Positions 7,907-17,621 of a stretch of 64,000 nucleotides of DNA are shown piece by piece (the first letter of the stretch is position 1; every line of letters starts with the position of its first letter). Below the pieces are notes generated by a model that ran no database searches, was not told the DNA's origin, and was given only the letters and a program-made list of their open reading frames with translations. The translations under genes and the position numbers were made by a program. Source of the stretch: Planctomycetes bacterium UBA7888. GTDB taxonomy: Bacteria; Planctomycetota; UBA1135. Location: assembly GCA_002500505.1 (NCBI GenBank), contig DLRM01000035.1, forward strand, positions 35,709-99,708, in the 5' to 3' direction.

Positions 7907-8995
7907 ATGGATTCTCTTTTTTTGGCAGACAAACTGCTACGGGGAAAGCGTTTAAGCCCTCAGGATGCCCTCTTCCTCCACGAAAACGCCGAGATTAGCC
8001 TTCTGGGCTACTTGGCCGACGAGATTCGGCAAAAAAGACATCCAGAGGGCAAAATCACCTACATCATCGATAGAAACCTCAATCCCACCAATATTTGCGT
8101 GACAGATTGCGGCTTTTGCGCCTTCTATGCCAAGCCCAAGGATGAGGAAAAGGGCTACGTCCTCGATCGCGAGACGATTTTCCAAAAAATCGAGGAGACC
8201 ATTGCGGTTGGAGGCGTTCAAATTTTAATGCAAGGCGGTCACCATCCTCGCTTAGGGGTGGAGTGGTTCTGCGAACTCTTTCAAGACATTAAGGCCAAGT
8301 GGCCCAATCTTCATTTACATGCGATGTCTCCACCAGAAATTGTGCACATTGCTCATGTTTCCAAAATGGACACCCATTCTGTCTTGGCCTCTCTCCAAGA
8401 ATCGGGCATGGATTCCATGCCTGGCGGCGGTGCCGAAATTTTGGCTGAGTCCGTGCGAGAAAAAATCGCACCGAGAAAAGCTACGACAAATGAATGGTTG
8501 CGAGTTATGGAAGAGGCGCATGACCTTGGCATGCGCACCACCGCCACAATGATGTTTGGCCATGTGGAAACAACTGAAGACCGTATTGAACATTTGGATC
8601 GTCTTCGTCAACTTCAAGACCGCACTGGCGGCTTTACTGCCTTCATCGCATGGACTTTTCAACCTGGCGGTACCCCCCTCGGCGAAGAGCTCACTCAATC
8701 TGGTTGGCACAAACCTACTTTTGCTGAATACTTCCGACTCAAAACGATTGCGCGCATTTTCTTAGACAACTTTGAAAATGTTCAAGCCAGTTTTGTCACC
8801 CAAGGCGCTGACGCCGCAACGCTTGCCCTTCGCATGGGCTGCAATGACTTTGGCTCCGCCATGCTGGAAGAAAACGTTGTTTCCTCGGCGGGTTGCTTCG
8901 AACTTGTGGGATTGGACAAAATCGAAGATTCCATTCGTTCGGCAGGCTTCTCCCCTGCTCGAAGAACACAGGCTTACGAAATCTTGCCGAACTAA
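7907..8995 (+). CDS. mqnC: Cyclic dehypoxanthine futalosine synthase (radical SAM, CofH/MqnC family)
   Basis: YIIDRNLNPTNICVTDCGFCAF (CxxxCxxC), LMQGGHHP, NDFGSAMLEENVVSSAG. Start placed at ATG 7907 after a TAAACT box. Confidence 0.9.
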   Translation: MDSLFLADKLLRGKRLSPQDALFLHENAEISLLGYLADEIRQKRHPEGKITYIIDRNLNPTNICVTDCGFCAFYAKPKDEEKGYVLDRETIFQKIEETIAVGGVQILMQGGHHPRLGVEWFCELFQDIKAKWPNLHLHAMSPPEIVHIAHVSKMDTHSVLASLQESGMDSMPGGGAEILAESVREKIAPRKATTNEWLRVMEEAHDLGMRTTATMMFGHVETTEDRIEHLDRLRQLQDRTGGFTAFIAWTFQPGGTPLGEELTQSGWHKPTFAEYFRLKTIARIFLDNFENVQASFVTQGADAATLALRMGCNDFGSAMLEENVVSSAGCFELVGLDKIEDSIRSAGFSPARRTQAYEILPN

Positions 8996-10726
8996 CTACT
9001 CAGCACGCTCTGCCGTTTGAATGATGAGTTCAGAACGGTAGCGGTCAAATAATGTGGACTTCGATAGGGTGCCCAAAAATATCCCACTTTCATCCACAAC
9101 TGGCAACACCCAAAGACCGCTCTCCTCAAAAAGTTGCGTTGCACGTTGCAAGCTGTCCCCCCTTACGACAGACGGCGAACTGGAATCCATGACTGTATCC
9201 ACGCTGGTCATGCGGCGAAGGTCTTGGTCAAAAATAAACTCCCTGATGGCAGACAAATCCAGCATCCCTTGCAGTTTTCCAGTTTCGCCATCCAATACAG
9301 CAAAGTGATTTCGATGAGTACTGGGGAGAATCTTGGCAAGATCTTCAAGTGTTTTTCCAGAATCAATGGTAATGGACTCAGAATCTAAAAGCTCTTCGGC
9401 GGTCAAATCAGCCAGGATTCGACGGTCCGTTCCTGGGCGAAGAAGGCGACCACTCTCGGCAACTTCCCATGCATAAAAAGAATGGCGAAGGAATGTCCGG
9501 GATACGAGGGCCCCAAGTACGGCAACTAAAATGAGAGGCAAGCTTTGCCCCCAGCCGCCGGTTGTTTCCAGCGCAAGCAGGATTCCGGTAAAGGGTGCCT
9601 GCATCGTTCCAGCAACTAAACCAGCCATGCCTGCAAGGGCAAAAAAGCCTGGGGCGGCGAATTGGGCGCCGGGGAAAATGGCGGCAAGAGTTAATCCAAA
9701 TGAAGAGCCCAGTAATGCCCCCAAGACTAACGATGGGGCGAAAACGCCGCCGGGAGCGTTACTGCCCAAAGTTAAAACAGTTGCAAAAAACTTAGTGCCT
9801 AAAATCAAAAGGAGAGCGGACCATCCGAAATTCGCGTTGCCTTCTAATAGCTTTGCAACGAGGTCATACCCTTCTCCGATGGCTTCGGGGCGCAAGAGTC
9901 CCAGAAATCCAACTCCCATGCCAGCGAGGGCTGCAACAACGCCAACACGGCCGAGCAAGCTTCCCTCCTTACAAGTCCGCGCAAAGTGCTCCGCGCGGAG
10001 AATCAAACGAACCAAAAGTACCGAAAACAAACCAGCGAGGATTCCGAGAGGCACGCAACCAAGAAGATCCACTGTATCCCAAGAAAAGTCTGCAGCGTGA
10101 AAGGCGCCCTCGGCTCCAAGAACTGCGCGGCCGGCTTCGGTTGCAACGACCGAAGCAACCGCCAGCGGAATGACCGTGCTGAGGGTCCATTCAGCCAGCA
10201 CAACTTCCATCGCAAAGAGAACGCCGGTCAGGGGCGCATTAAAAACAGCGCCAATTCCTCCGGCAACGCCACAGGCCAGAAGAAGCACTCGCTGACGTTC
10301 AGCGAGTTGTGCCCATCCCGCCACCGAGCTTCCGGCGGCAGCTGAGCTGAAAACAATGGGACCCTCTAAGCCAGCCGATCCTCCACTGGCTACAGTGAGC
10401 AGGCTTCCAAAAAATCGACTGAAAATACTGCGGCTTCGCATGTGCCCACCCCGCCTTGAAACAGAATCCAAGACTGCAGGGACCCCATGACCGCCGGGTT
10501 CTCTGAAGATAATGCGAACTGTCCACACAGCGAGAAGAGCACCAACTGCCGGCAAGAGAAAGCCGAAACTTTCGGCTCGAAACGCCTCAAGAGTATTAAA
10601 AAGATGGTGAACCCCGCTACGGAGAGCAACTGCGACCACTGAGCTCACTAAGCCCACAGCAGCAGCGAGCAAGACCATCAACCACGGTCCGCTATCCGCA
10701 TTTCGAATGGAAGAAGAGAGTTTCAT
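8996..10726 (-). CDS. ClC-family chloride channel/antiporter with C-terminal CBS pair
   Basis: GHGVP, GGSAGLEGP (gating Glu), FNAPLTG and GGVFAPSL motifs; CBS-like C-terminus; ATGA coupling to the upstream gene. Confidence 0.92.
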   Translation of the reverse strand: MKLSSSIRNADSGPWLMVLLAAAVGLVSSVVAVALRSGVHHLFNTLEAFRAESFGFLLPAVGALLAVWTVRIIFREPGGHGVPAVLDSVSRRGGHMRSRSIFSRFFGSLLTVASGGSAGLEGPIVFSSAAAGSSVAGWAQLAERQRVLLLACGVAGGIGAVFNAPLTGVLFAMEVVLAEWTLSTVIPLAVASVVATEAGRAVLGAEGAFHAADFSWDTVDLLGCVPLGILAGLFSVLLVRLILRAEHFARTCKEGSLLGRVGVVAALAGMGVGFLGLLRPEAIGEGYDLVAKLLEGNANFGWSALLLILGTKFFATVLTLGSNAPGGVFAPSLVLGALLGSSFGLTLAAIFPGAQFAAPGFFALAGMAGLVAGTMQAPFTGILLALETTGGWGQSLPLILVAVLGALVSRTFLRHSFYAWEVAESGRLLRPGTDRRILADLTAEELLDSESITIDSGKTLEDLAKILPSTHRNHFAVLDGETGKLQGMLDLSAIREFIFDQDLRRMTSVDTVMDSSSPSVVRGDSLQRATQLFEESGLWVLPVVDESGIFLGTLSKSTLFDRYRSELIIQTAERAE

Positions 10727-11400
10727 TCGCCACAAGGTTCGAGCTCGGCCAAGCGAACAAGGAGGGAGTGATCCTCTTCCTTCGCCGCAAGCGCTTTACA
10801 AAAAGAAGAGTCCCGAAGAATAAAGGCCACTCGAGAAAGCAACTGGAGGTGGCTCTTTGGATTGGGGCTCAACAACAGAAGGGCTGTATGGACCCGCTCC
10901 CCATCGAGAGCCATCCAATCCACAGGCTGCTGGAGAAGTCCAATGACCACCGTAGGAACCATTGCAAAATCCTGGCTTGGTGTGCGCGGATGCGGCAGAG
11001 CAATTCCATGGCCCATGCCCGTCGAGGTCATCTTTTCGCGCTCAAGGAGCCGCTCCAAGAGGAGGCTTCGGTCCACTGATTTTGCGAGGGGCGCCCCCTC
11101 TACTAGGTTTTTCAAAACTCCAGCTGGGGTTTCGCCCTCAACTCCACGCATAAGACCGCCGGCACTGATTGCCGCTATCAATGGTTGATCGCAGTTTTCC
11201 TCGACACTGGTCCTAGTGGAATCGGATTGGCTCCGAAGGGACAGCCCCTTTTTCCGAGCCCAAGATTCCAACTCTTCTTCTTGGAATCGAAGTTCCCCAC
11301 CAGGCCGGCGCATGCCCAGCTGCCCTTGACGGGCCCACCTTTGGAGTGTGTCCGGAGAAACACCCAACTTGGCGGCGGCTTGACGGAGGTCTAGAGTCAT
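10723..11400 (-). CDS. Excisionase-like HTH fused to PTS EIIA(Ntr/Fru-type) domain
   Basis: N-terminal LRQAAAKLGVSPDTLQRWAR HTH; LEREKMTSTGMGHGIALPHPR with phosphoacceptor His; HLQLLSRVA. Confidence 0.88.
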   Translation of the reverse strand: MTLDLRQAAAKLGVSPDTLQRWARQGQLGMRRPGGELRFQEEELESWARKKGLSLRSQSDSTRTSVEENCDQPLIAAISAGGLMRGVEGETPAGVLKNLVEGAPLAKSVDRSLLLERLLEREKMTSTGMGHGIALPHPRTPSQDFAMVPTVVIGLLQQPVDWMALDGERVHTALLLLSPNPKSHLQLLSRVAFILRDSSFCKALAAKEEDHSLLVRLAELEPCGE

Positions 11401-11430
11401 GACAAGGCGAGATTGTATTCTCACCACGCC

Positions 11431-11805
11431 TTGAAAAAGCTATCGACTCTCCTTCTTGTCTCCTGGATGCTCGGAAACACCTACCTTGCCTTCCAAGGGG
11501 TGCCTTCTCGGTTTGATTTTTCCTTCCACCCGGGCCCAGGCAAAGAACCAAACCAAAACCTCAACATAAATGCCGATGAGTTTCGCGAGCGGGGTTTCAA
11601 TCGCCTTTTGCTTCCGATTGGCGACCACCTCCGGCCAGTTGAGCCACTGGCCCACCACCTTCTCTTCCCCACTCAGGTTCTTTACTCTCCGCGGAACCGG
11701 CGTTCCATTGAGGCAGTTCTTCGAGAGGCGAAAGTTCGGGAAGCCGAGGGCGTTTTAGTTTTCTCGAAGAAGGATGGGTGGAGTATTCATGAGGTGGAAG
11801 ATTGA
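11431..11805 (+). CDS. Small membrane-anchored hypothetical protein (partner of the downstream GT-C gene)
   Basis: TTG start MKKLSTLLLVSWMLG after a TATTCT box; 4-nt overlap with the next gene. Confidence 0.6.
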   Translation: MKKLSTLLLVSWMLGNTYLAFQGVPSRFDFSFHPGPGKEPNQNLNINADEFRERGFNRLLLPIGDHLRPVEPLAHHLLFPTQVLYSPRNRRSIEAVLREAKVREAEGVLVFSKKDGWSIHEVED

Positions 11806-13193
11806 ATTTCCCGCCCTTTGCGTCGGCAGTCGGCGTCATCCTTCTTCTTCTTTTTTCAGGAAGCCACCTCTTACGCCTTTTTCCTGTGAAGCATGAAGGC
11901 CTTCCAGATTACCTGAGTTGGTCCTGGCTCCTTGGCGTGAGCTATTTCGCATTGGGGGTCAGCCTTATGTCTTGGATGGGGCTTTGCACGCTCGGCCCTT
12001 TACTGGGGCTTTGCCTTCTTCCTCCGGCCCTTTCTTACTTCCAAAAAACTGCCCCGCGCGGGCCGCGCCCACTCCATTTCTGGTCTTTCCTTCCTGCATT
12101 ACTAGCGGTTGGCCTTTCCGTTCTGATTTGCCAGGCGGATTCGGTCAAGGAGGTGGACGCCCAAATGAGGTGGGTGCAACATGGGCAATGGATGGCCGAA
12201 ACCGGAAGCTTGGTACCTGAACGGATGGAGGACCCTTCCTGGGCGAAACTCCACCCTTCCTATCCTCCATTACTCTCCTCTGTGATTGGTTTCGCACTCC
12301 AACTCCCGGGCGCAAATCGAGAGGGGACTCCTCTTCTCTTTGGACCATTCTTCTTCCTAGCCTTGCTGGGCATTTTGCATGGCTTTTGCATTCGCAATAC
12401 TAGTTCAAAGTGGACATTCATTTGGGTGGCAGGGTTCGCATTCACTCCCTGCTTCGCTTGGTTGGCAAGGGACGGTCTGACCGTGGGAATGGCGGCCGAT
12501 TCCGCCCTTGCCGATATTCCGCTGGCCTTGTTCCTGACAGCGCTTGCCGCTCTTTCTATTCGCATTTTGGAAGGAGAGGATTCACCCCCCCATCGAGGCC
12601 TTCTCCTGTTGGTAGGCGCTGGCTCCATGCTTGTAAAACAAGAGGGTGCAGCATTTGTTTTGGCGTCCCTGCCACTTTCAACCCTGTTTGTAGTCTGGCT
12701 TTCCCAAAAAAATGGGCAAAACTCTATTTCTTGGCGACCGTTCGGCTGGCTTTTTTCAGGTGCAATTGCCGCTTGGATTTTGTGGGCCGGGGTGAGTACT
12801 AATATGCCCGTAGCAGCGGGAGAAAACTACTTGAGTGTCGAGGGTTTTCAGAACCTATGGACTGGATTCGACCGCCTTCCCCAAATCGGACTTCGCGTGT
12901 TGGAAGAATTTTTTAGCGTCAATCGCTGGGGCGGCCTTTGGTTCGTGGCTGTGGCCGCCACCGCCGTCGGGCTTTACAGGAAGAACACTAGCGCCCTCTT
13001 TTTAACCCTTTTGCTTCTCCTGGGAATCGGAGTCTCCGTAGCCGGCTTCATGTCTAGCGGTTGGAAAGGTGGCGACATCAAGGGCCTCATGGACTCCAGC
13101 CTGACTCGCCTCCTCATGCACCATGCTCCATTGGTGTTGTTGCTCGGAGTCAAATCGTTGCATTCTGCAAAAGAAAAAAGACAACCGCTGTAG
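11802..13193 (+). CDS. Polytopic GT-C-like (ArnT/PMT-related) membrane glycosyltransferase
   Basis: More than 10 TM segments; motifs HPSYPPLL, ADIPLA, KQEG and TRLLMH; paralogous to 38819-40276. Confidence 0.65.
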   Translation: MNFPPFASAVGVILLLLFSGSHLLRLFPVKHEGLPDYLSWSWLLGVSYFALGVSLMSWMGLCTLGPLLGLCLLPPALSYFQKTAPRGPRPLHFWSFLPALLAVGLSVLICQADSVKEVDAQMRWVQHGQWMAETGSLVPERMEDPSWAKLHPSYPPLLSSVIGFALQLPGANREGTPLLFGPFFFLALLGILHGFCIRNTSSKWTFIWVAGFAFTPCFAWLARDGLTVGMAADSALADIPLALFLTALAALSIRILEGEDSPPHRGLLLLVGAGSMLVKQEGAAFVLASLPLSTLFVVWLSQKNGQNSISWRPFGWLFSGAIAAWILWAGVSTNMPVAAGENYLSVEGFQNLWTGFDRLPQIGLRVLEEFFSVNRWGGLWFVAVAATAVGLYRKNTSALFLTLLLLLGIGVSVAGFMSSGWKGGDIKGLMDSSLTRLLMHHAPLVLLLGVKSLHSAKEKRQPL

Positions 13194-13262
13194 TTCCGCC
13201 ACCACACGGCACTGCGGGGTATTCCACAGCTAACTACAACGGCTATCAGTGTTGATTGAACT

Positions 13263-14873
13263 CTATGGGTTCTTGTATTCGGCTTTGGGACCGAGGTAGT
13301 ACCACCAGTTGAGGACTGCACAAACTGCGTAGAAAACGGCGAATCCGTACATGGCGACCTCTGGGGTGCCAGCCTTCATCTCCTCGCCAATCACTTGGGG
13401 GATGAGGAAGGCACCATAAGCCGCAACTGCTGAGGTCCAGCCAAGGACTGGCCCACGTTGTTCCTCATTGAAAATCATTGAAATGGTCCGGAAAGTGGAT
13501 CCGTTGCCAATACCCGTGGCAGTAAACAGGATCACTATCAGCACAAAGAACGGCATGAAGTAGTCCTGTGGCGTCGCCGACTGATAGGCGGCGTGAGCGT
13601 AGTACCCGACTCCAATCGAACTGAGTGTCATGACAATAGCCACTCCTTGAGTCAGAATTGCTCCACCTGTCTTGTCAGCCAGCCAACCACCGACCGGTCG
13701 GATGAGCGCGCCAACAAAGGCACCAACCCACACGTATCTGAATGTTTCAGGACCTTCGGGGTTGGGCAGGTGCTGCCAGACACCAGTCGTTGCATCTTGG
13801 ATGTGCTGAAGACCAAAGATGAACTTGATGGACAGGCCAACCGCTGCAGCGAAACCGATAAACGAGCCGAAAGTCATCGTGTAGATGATGGTCATAATCC
13901 AGGTGTGCTTGGCACCGAAAATCTTGTACTGCCGCGTCAAGTTGGATTTGACCTCACCCGGCGACAGAGCCTTCATCAGAAAGACCGTCGAGGCAATCAC
14001 CACTGGCAGCACAATGAACTTCACCCAGGTAAGCGTCGGGAAGCTCAGGATTACCCAAAGGCCGATGCTCGCCGTAATGAAACCGATTCCCAGTAGCCCG
14101 CTGATACGCCCAAAAGAGACGAGCGGCCCCTTGATATTGGGAGAGACTGCCTCGGTGCGGATGTTATTCATCTTAAACCAGCCGAGGAAGGCCAGTGGAA
14201 TGAGTAAGAACATCCACACCCAGCCGGCGCTGGATAGCCAGGTCTCCGAACCTGCAGGGATTTGCTTAAAGACCGTTCCGCTGGTCTTTGAGAGCGTCAT
14301 CGACGGCCCACTGAGCGGCCCCACGATGGCCGCGGTCATGCACAGAGGGATGAGGATCTGCATCGTGGTCACGCCGAAGTTTCCGAGTCCGGCGTTCATA
14401 CCCAGCGCATAGCCCTGGTTCTTCTTCGGGTAGAAGAAGCTAATGTTGGACATGGAAGATGCAAAGTTCCCACCGCCAAAGCCAGAGGTCAGCGCGAGGA
14501 TCTGGAAAACCCAGAGAGGCGTCGCTGGATCTTGCAGTGCTATCGCCGCTCCGATGGACGGGATCATCAGCAGCGCTGTGGTGAAGAAAATAGTATTTCG
14601 CCCACCGGCGAGACGGATGAAGAATGAACTTGGGATGCGCAGAGTCCCACCGCTCAGGCCAGCGATAGCGGTCAGGGTCAAGAGCTCTGACTTGCTAAAG
14701 GGAAAGCCCAGATTCTCCATCTGGACCGCAATGATTCCCCACATAATCCAGACCGCGAAGCCACACAGCAGACTTGGAATCGATATCCAAAGGTTACGGG
14801 TGGCAATCTTCTTCCCGGCGCTTTCCCAGAACTCTTGGTCTTCTACATCCCACTTATCGAGGTTAGATGTCAT
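13263..14873 (-). CDS. narK: Nitrate/nitrite MFS transporter (NarK/NNP family)
   Basis: WDVEDQEFWE, RNLWISIPSLLCGFAVW, GFGGGNFASSMSNISFFYP, GIGNGSTFR; start re-called at ATG 14873. Confidence 0.95.
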   Translation of the reverse strand: MTSNLDKWDVEDQEFWESAGKKIATRNLWISIPSLLCGFAVWIMWGIIAVQMENLGFPFSKSELLTLTAIAGLSGGTLRIPSSFFIRLAGGRNTIFFTTALLMIPSIGAAIALQDPATPLWVFQILALTSGFGGGNFASSMSNISFFYPKKNQGYALGMNAGLGNFGVTTMQILIPLCMTAAIVGPLSGPSMTLSKTSGTVFKQIPAGSETWLSSAGWVWMFLLIPLAFLGWFKMNNIRTEAVSPNIKGPLVSFGRISGLLGIGFITASIGLWVILSFPTLTWVKFIVLPVVIASTVFLMKALSPGEVKSNLTRQYKIFGAKHTWIMTIIYTMTFGSFIGFAAAVGLSIKFIFGLQHIQDATTGVWQHLPNPEGPETFRYVWVGAFVGALIRPVGGWLADKTGGAILTQGVAIVMTLSSIGVGYYAHAAYQSATPQDYFMPFFVLIVILFTATGIGNGSTFRTISMIFNEEQRGPVLGWTSAVAAYGAFLIPQVIGEEMKAGTPEVAMYGFAVFYAVCAVLNWWYYLGPKAEYKNP

Positions 14874-14883
14874 GATGCGCCTT

Positions 14884-15570
14884 CTATTTGATTCGGGCCG
14901 TCTTTCGGTCACGGTTCCAAATCACAACTTGTGGCCTACGCCACAAGTAAGGGTTTGGCACAACGAGAACATGAACTAGTCGGGTGAAGGGAAAGAAGCC
15001 TACAATGATCCAAGCATTGATGATGTGCAGCTTCACTAAAAGCGGTAGCGCAGCGACATAACTCACATCGGGCTGAAGAGTGAAGAGGGACCACAGCCAG
15101 GGCGAGGCCGAACTTGCAAACCAAGAACTCCCCCATCCATGCTGGACGGCAACCAAAATTCCAAGCACGATTTGGGCCACCAACATGGCATAAAGAATCC
15201 AGTCGGTCGGAGTGGTCACAATGTTCACACGGGCATGGCTAAACCGGCGGGCGATTGCATTGATCAAACCAAGTAAAGCCAAAATGCCAAGGGCAAGGCC
15301 AGTCACTTCCATAATGACCAAACGAACTGGAACACTATTCCACCAAAGGAGAGTGTCGGGAATCACCAAGCCCATGAAATGAATAGCAAGAACGCCGAGA
15401 ATGCCGTAATGGAATGGCACGGTACTCCAGAAGTGCTGACGGTTTTCGAGGAACTGGGAGGAGATACTGGAGTAGGTGTATGGTCGCTGGCGATAGCGAG
15501 CGATTGTCACCAAGAAAAAGAGGGCCAGAGCCACGTAGGGCAGGGCGGCAAAGAGAAGGATGTCGCTCAT
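14884..15570 (-). CDS. narI: Respiratory nitrate reductase gamma subunit (di-heme b membrane anchor)
   Basis: SSQFLE; all four heme-ligand His present in FHYGIL...IHF and KLHI...FPFTRLVH. Confidence 0.95.
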   Translation of the reverse strand: MSDILLFAALPYVALALFFLVTIARYRQRPYTYSSISSQFLENRQHFWSTVPFHYGILGVLAIHFMGLVIPDTLLWWNSVPVRLVIMEVTGLALGILALLGLINAIARRFSHARVNIVTTPTDWILYAMLVAQIVLGILVAVQHGWGSSWFASSASPWLWSLFTLQPDVSYVAALPLLVKLHIINAWIIVGFFPFTRLVHVLVVPNPYLWRRPQVVIWNRDRKTARIK

Positions 15571-16106
15571 GATTGGGGGTTGCCGTTGGTTTCCTGGACA
15601 TGCATGTTGAGGACCGCGAGAACGGCGTCCAGGACCGGCTCGTAGGGGTTGTCATTGGCAGCCAAACTCACGCAGATTTTTTTCACGGCAGGAATGGCAA
15701 CATTTTGAGAAAGCTCACTCGCGATTACGTCATCGCACCGAGCAAGAACCGCCATTACATGGCAGAGATGGTCCGGAAGCTCGCTCCCTTCGGTTATTTC
15801 ATTTTCGCGGAGAAGCTCGCGCATTTTTACGAGGAATCCACCACGTTCGTACGCTTCCCCAAACACATGCCAGCCCGTTTCAAGCGCGGCACTGGCAGAG
15901 TTGTCAAAGGTGCGAGCGAAAAGCTCTTCCATTTCCTCATCTGACTTCCCTTTGAGAAATTCAGTGAAGGGTTGGAGAGCCTCTTTAGCCACTTCAGAAG
16001 CATTGGCTACGACCGCAATCCATTCTTCAGCCGCCTCGCCAAACCCAGGCCTGGGGTAGGTGACCAACTTTGAAAGGGCGTCGTAAACTTTGCCGTCAGT
16101 TTTCAT
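15567..16106 (-). CDS. narJ: Nitrate reductase molybdenum-cofactor assembly chaperone
   Basis: LVTYP, ELFARTFD, GEAYERG and ELPDHL motifs; position between narH and narI. Confidence 0.9.
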   Translation of the reverse strand: MKTDGKVYDALSKLVTYPRPGFGEAAEEWIAVVANASEVAKEALQPFTEFLKGKSDEEMEELFARTFDNSASAALETGWHVFGEAYERGGFLVKMRELLRENEITEGSELPDHLCHVMAVLARCDDVIASELSQNVAIPAVKKICVSLAANDNPYEPVLDAVLAVLNMHVQETNGNPQS

Positions 16107-16108
16107 GA

Positions 16109-17596
16109 TTAAACACGCAGTGGGGCGTCTCGGAATCCGAAGCCCGTTTCTTGCTTGTGAGTATGGGTGTCGCGCAACATTTCGATTGCTTGCTCGCGCT
16201 GGGCGGGCGGAATCACGAATCGTTGTTCGTAGGAAGCCAGTGAGGTCAACTTGTATATTGCATCTGCCTGTTCAGGAGTGCAGTCTGCTTCACGAAGAGC
16301 GCGCATGGCGGATTCTTCATCCACATCCCCTACCGTGAGGTGGCGGCGCCACATCCGAACTGCGTACTGCTTACGCAGTGCGTAGCGAACGGGCTCAGCG
16401 TTTCCTGCGCCAAAGAGGTTCGACAAGAACTGGATGGGAACCCGTGCCTGTTCGATTTCGTGAAAGAGGTCCTCTGTTTCCAATGAAGTTGGTCCAGCGT
16501 GGTTACTGGAAACCACTGGAGAAAGAGGTGGAACGTAGAACACCATGGGGAAGGTGCGGAACTCAGGGTGCAAGGGCAAGCCAAGACCCCAGCTCTTCAC
16601 AAACTCGTAAGTTGGAGAGTTCTGCGCCGAAGTAATGACACCATCAGGGATGCCATTCCTCTTCGCAGCTTCAATCACTTCGGGGTCGTTTGGATCCAAA
16701 ATGATGCTCCGCTGAAGATCAACCAGACGGTCTTCAGGGGCAGAAGCCAAATCTTCAATCTTAGATGCATCGTAAAGAACGTTGCCCAAGAAACGAATGC
16801 GGCCCACGCAAGAGTGGTGACAGGCTGGAGGCTGGTTGGTCTCAATCCGTGGGTAGCAAAGCACGCACTTTTCAGACTTGCCAGTGTTCCAGTTGAAGTA
16901 CACCTTCTTGTAAGGGCAGGCGGGCACACAGGATCGCCAGGCGCGACAACGCTCTTGATTTAGAAGAACGACACCATCCTCACCACGCTTGTAAAGCGCA
17001 CCGGAAGGACAGGATGCAACGCATGCTGGGTTCAAGCAATGGTTACACATCCGCGGAAGGTAGAAGAAAGCCAAACGCTGAATTTCGAACATCTGCTGGC
17101 GAGTTTCTTCAGGAAGCCCATCCAGATTGGGGTCGTTTTCTGCATAAACCGGAGAACCGCCGAAGTCGTCGTCCCAGTTCGGCCCAGCTTCGACATCAAT
17201 GTACTCGCCTGAAACCATGGAAATCGGGCGAGCCGTTGGCTGGTCATGACCTTCCGGAGCATCAAAGAGGTCTGAGTACTTGTAAGTCCAAGGCTCGTAG
17301 TAATCATCCATGGTTGGCATGGATGGGTTGTGGAAAATGTTCGGAACAATCTTCGACTTACTCGTTGACTTCAACTGCAATTTGCCGTTCTTGACTTCCC
17401 AACCACCGCGGTGTTGCTCCTGATCTTCCCAACGGGTTGGGAAACCAGTACCGGGCTTCGTTTCCACATTGTTCCACCACATGTATTCGGTGCCTTTACG
17501 GTCAGTCCAAATGTTCTTGCAACTAATACTGCAAGTATGGCAACCGATGCACTTGTCCATGTGGAACAACATCGCAATTTGTGAGCGTACATCCAT
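16109..17596 (-). CDS. narH: Nitrate reductase / nitrite oxidoreductase beta (Fe-S) subunit
   Basis: Start MDVRSQ at 17596; Fe-S motifs KCIGCHTCSISCK, CNHCLNPACVASCP, CRAWRSCVPACP and KCVLCYP. Confidence 0.97.
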   Translation of the reverse strand: MDVRSQIAMLFHMDKCIGCHTCSISCKNIWTDRKGTEYMWWNNVETKPGTGFPTRWEDQEQHRGGWEVKNGKLQLKSTSKSKIVPNIFHNPSMPTMDDYYEPWTYKYSDLFDAPEGHDQPTARPISMVSGEYIDVEAGPNWDDDFGGSPVYAENDPNLDGLPEETRQQMFEIQRLAFFYLPRMCNHCLNPACVASCPSGALYKRGEDGVVLLNQERCRAWRSCVPACPYKKVYFNWNTGKSEKCVLCYPRIETNQPPACHHSCVGRIRFLGNVLYDASKIEDLASAPEDRLVDLQRSIILDPNDPEVIEAAKRNGIPDGVITSAQNSPTYEFVKSWGLGLPLHPEFRTFPMVFYVPPLSPVVSSNHAGPTSLETEDLFHEIEQARVPIQFLSNLFGAGNAEPVRYALRKQYAVRMWRRHLTVGDVDEESAMRALREADCTPEQADAIYKLTSLASYEQRFVIPPAQREQAIEMLRDTHTHKQETGFGFRDAPLRV

Positions 17597-17621
17597 TATT
17601 ATGTTTCCGTTTTCAGTCGGC

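Noticed and set aside
11220-11400. Excisionase-like HTH as a prophage marker
   Set aside because: It is fused to a PTS EIIA domain, a recognised regulatory architecture, and no phage genes are nearby.
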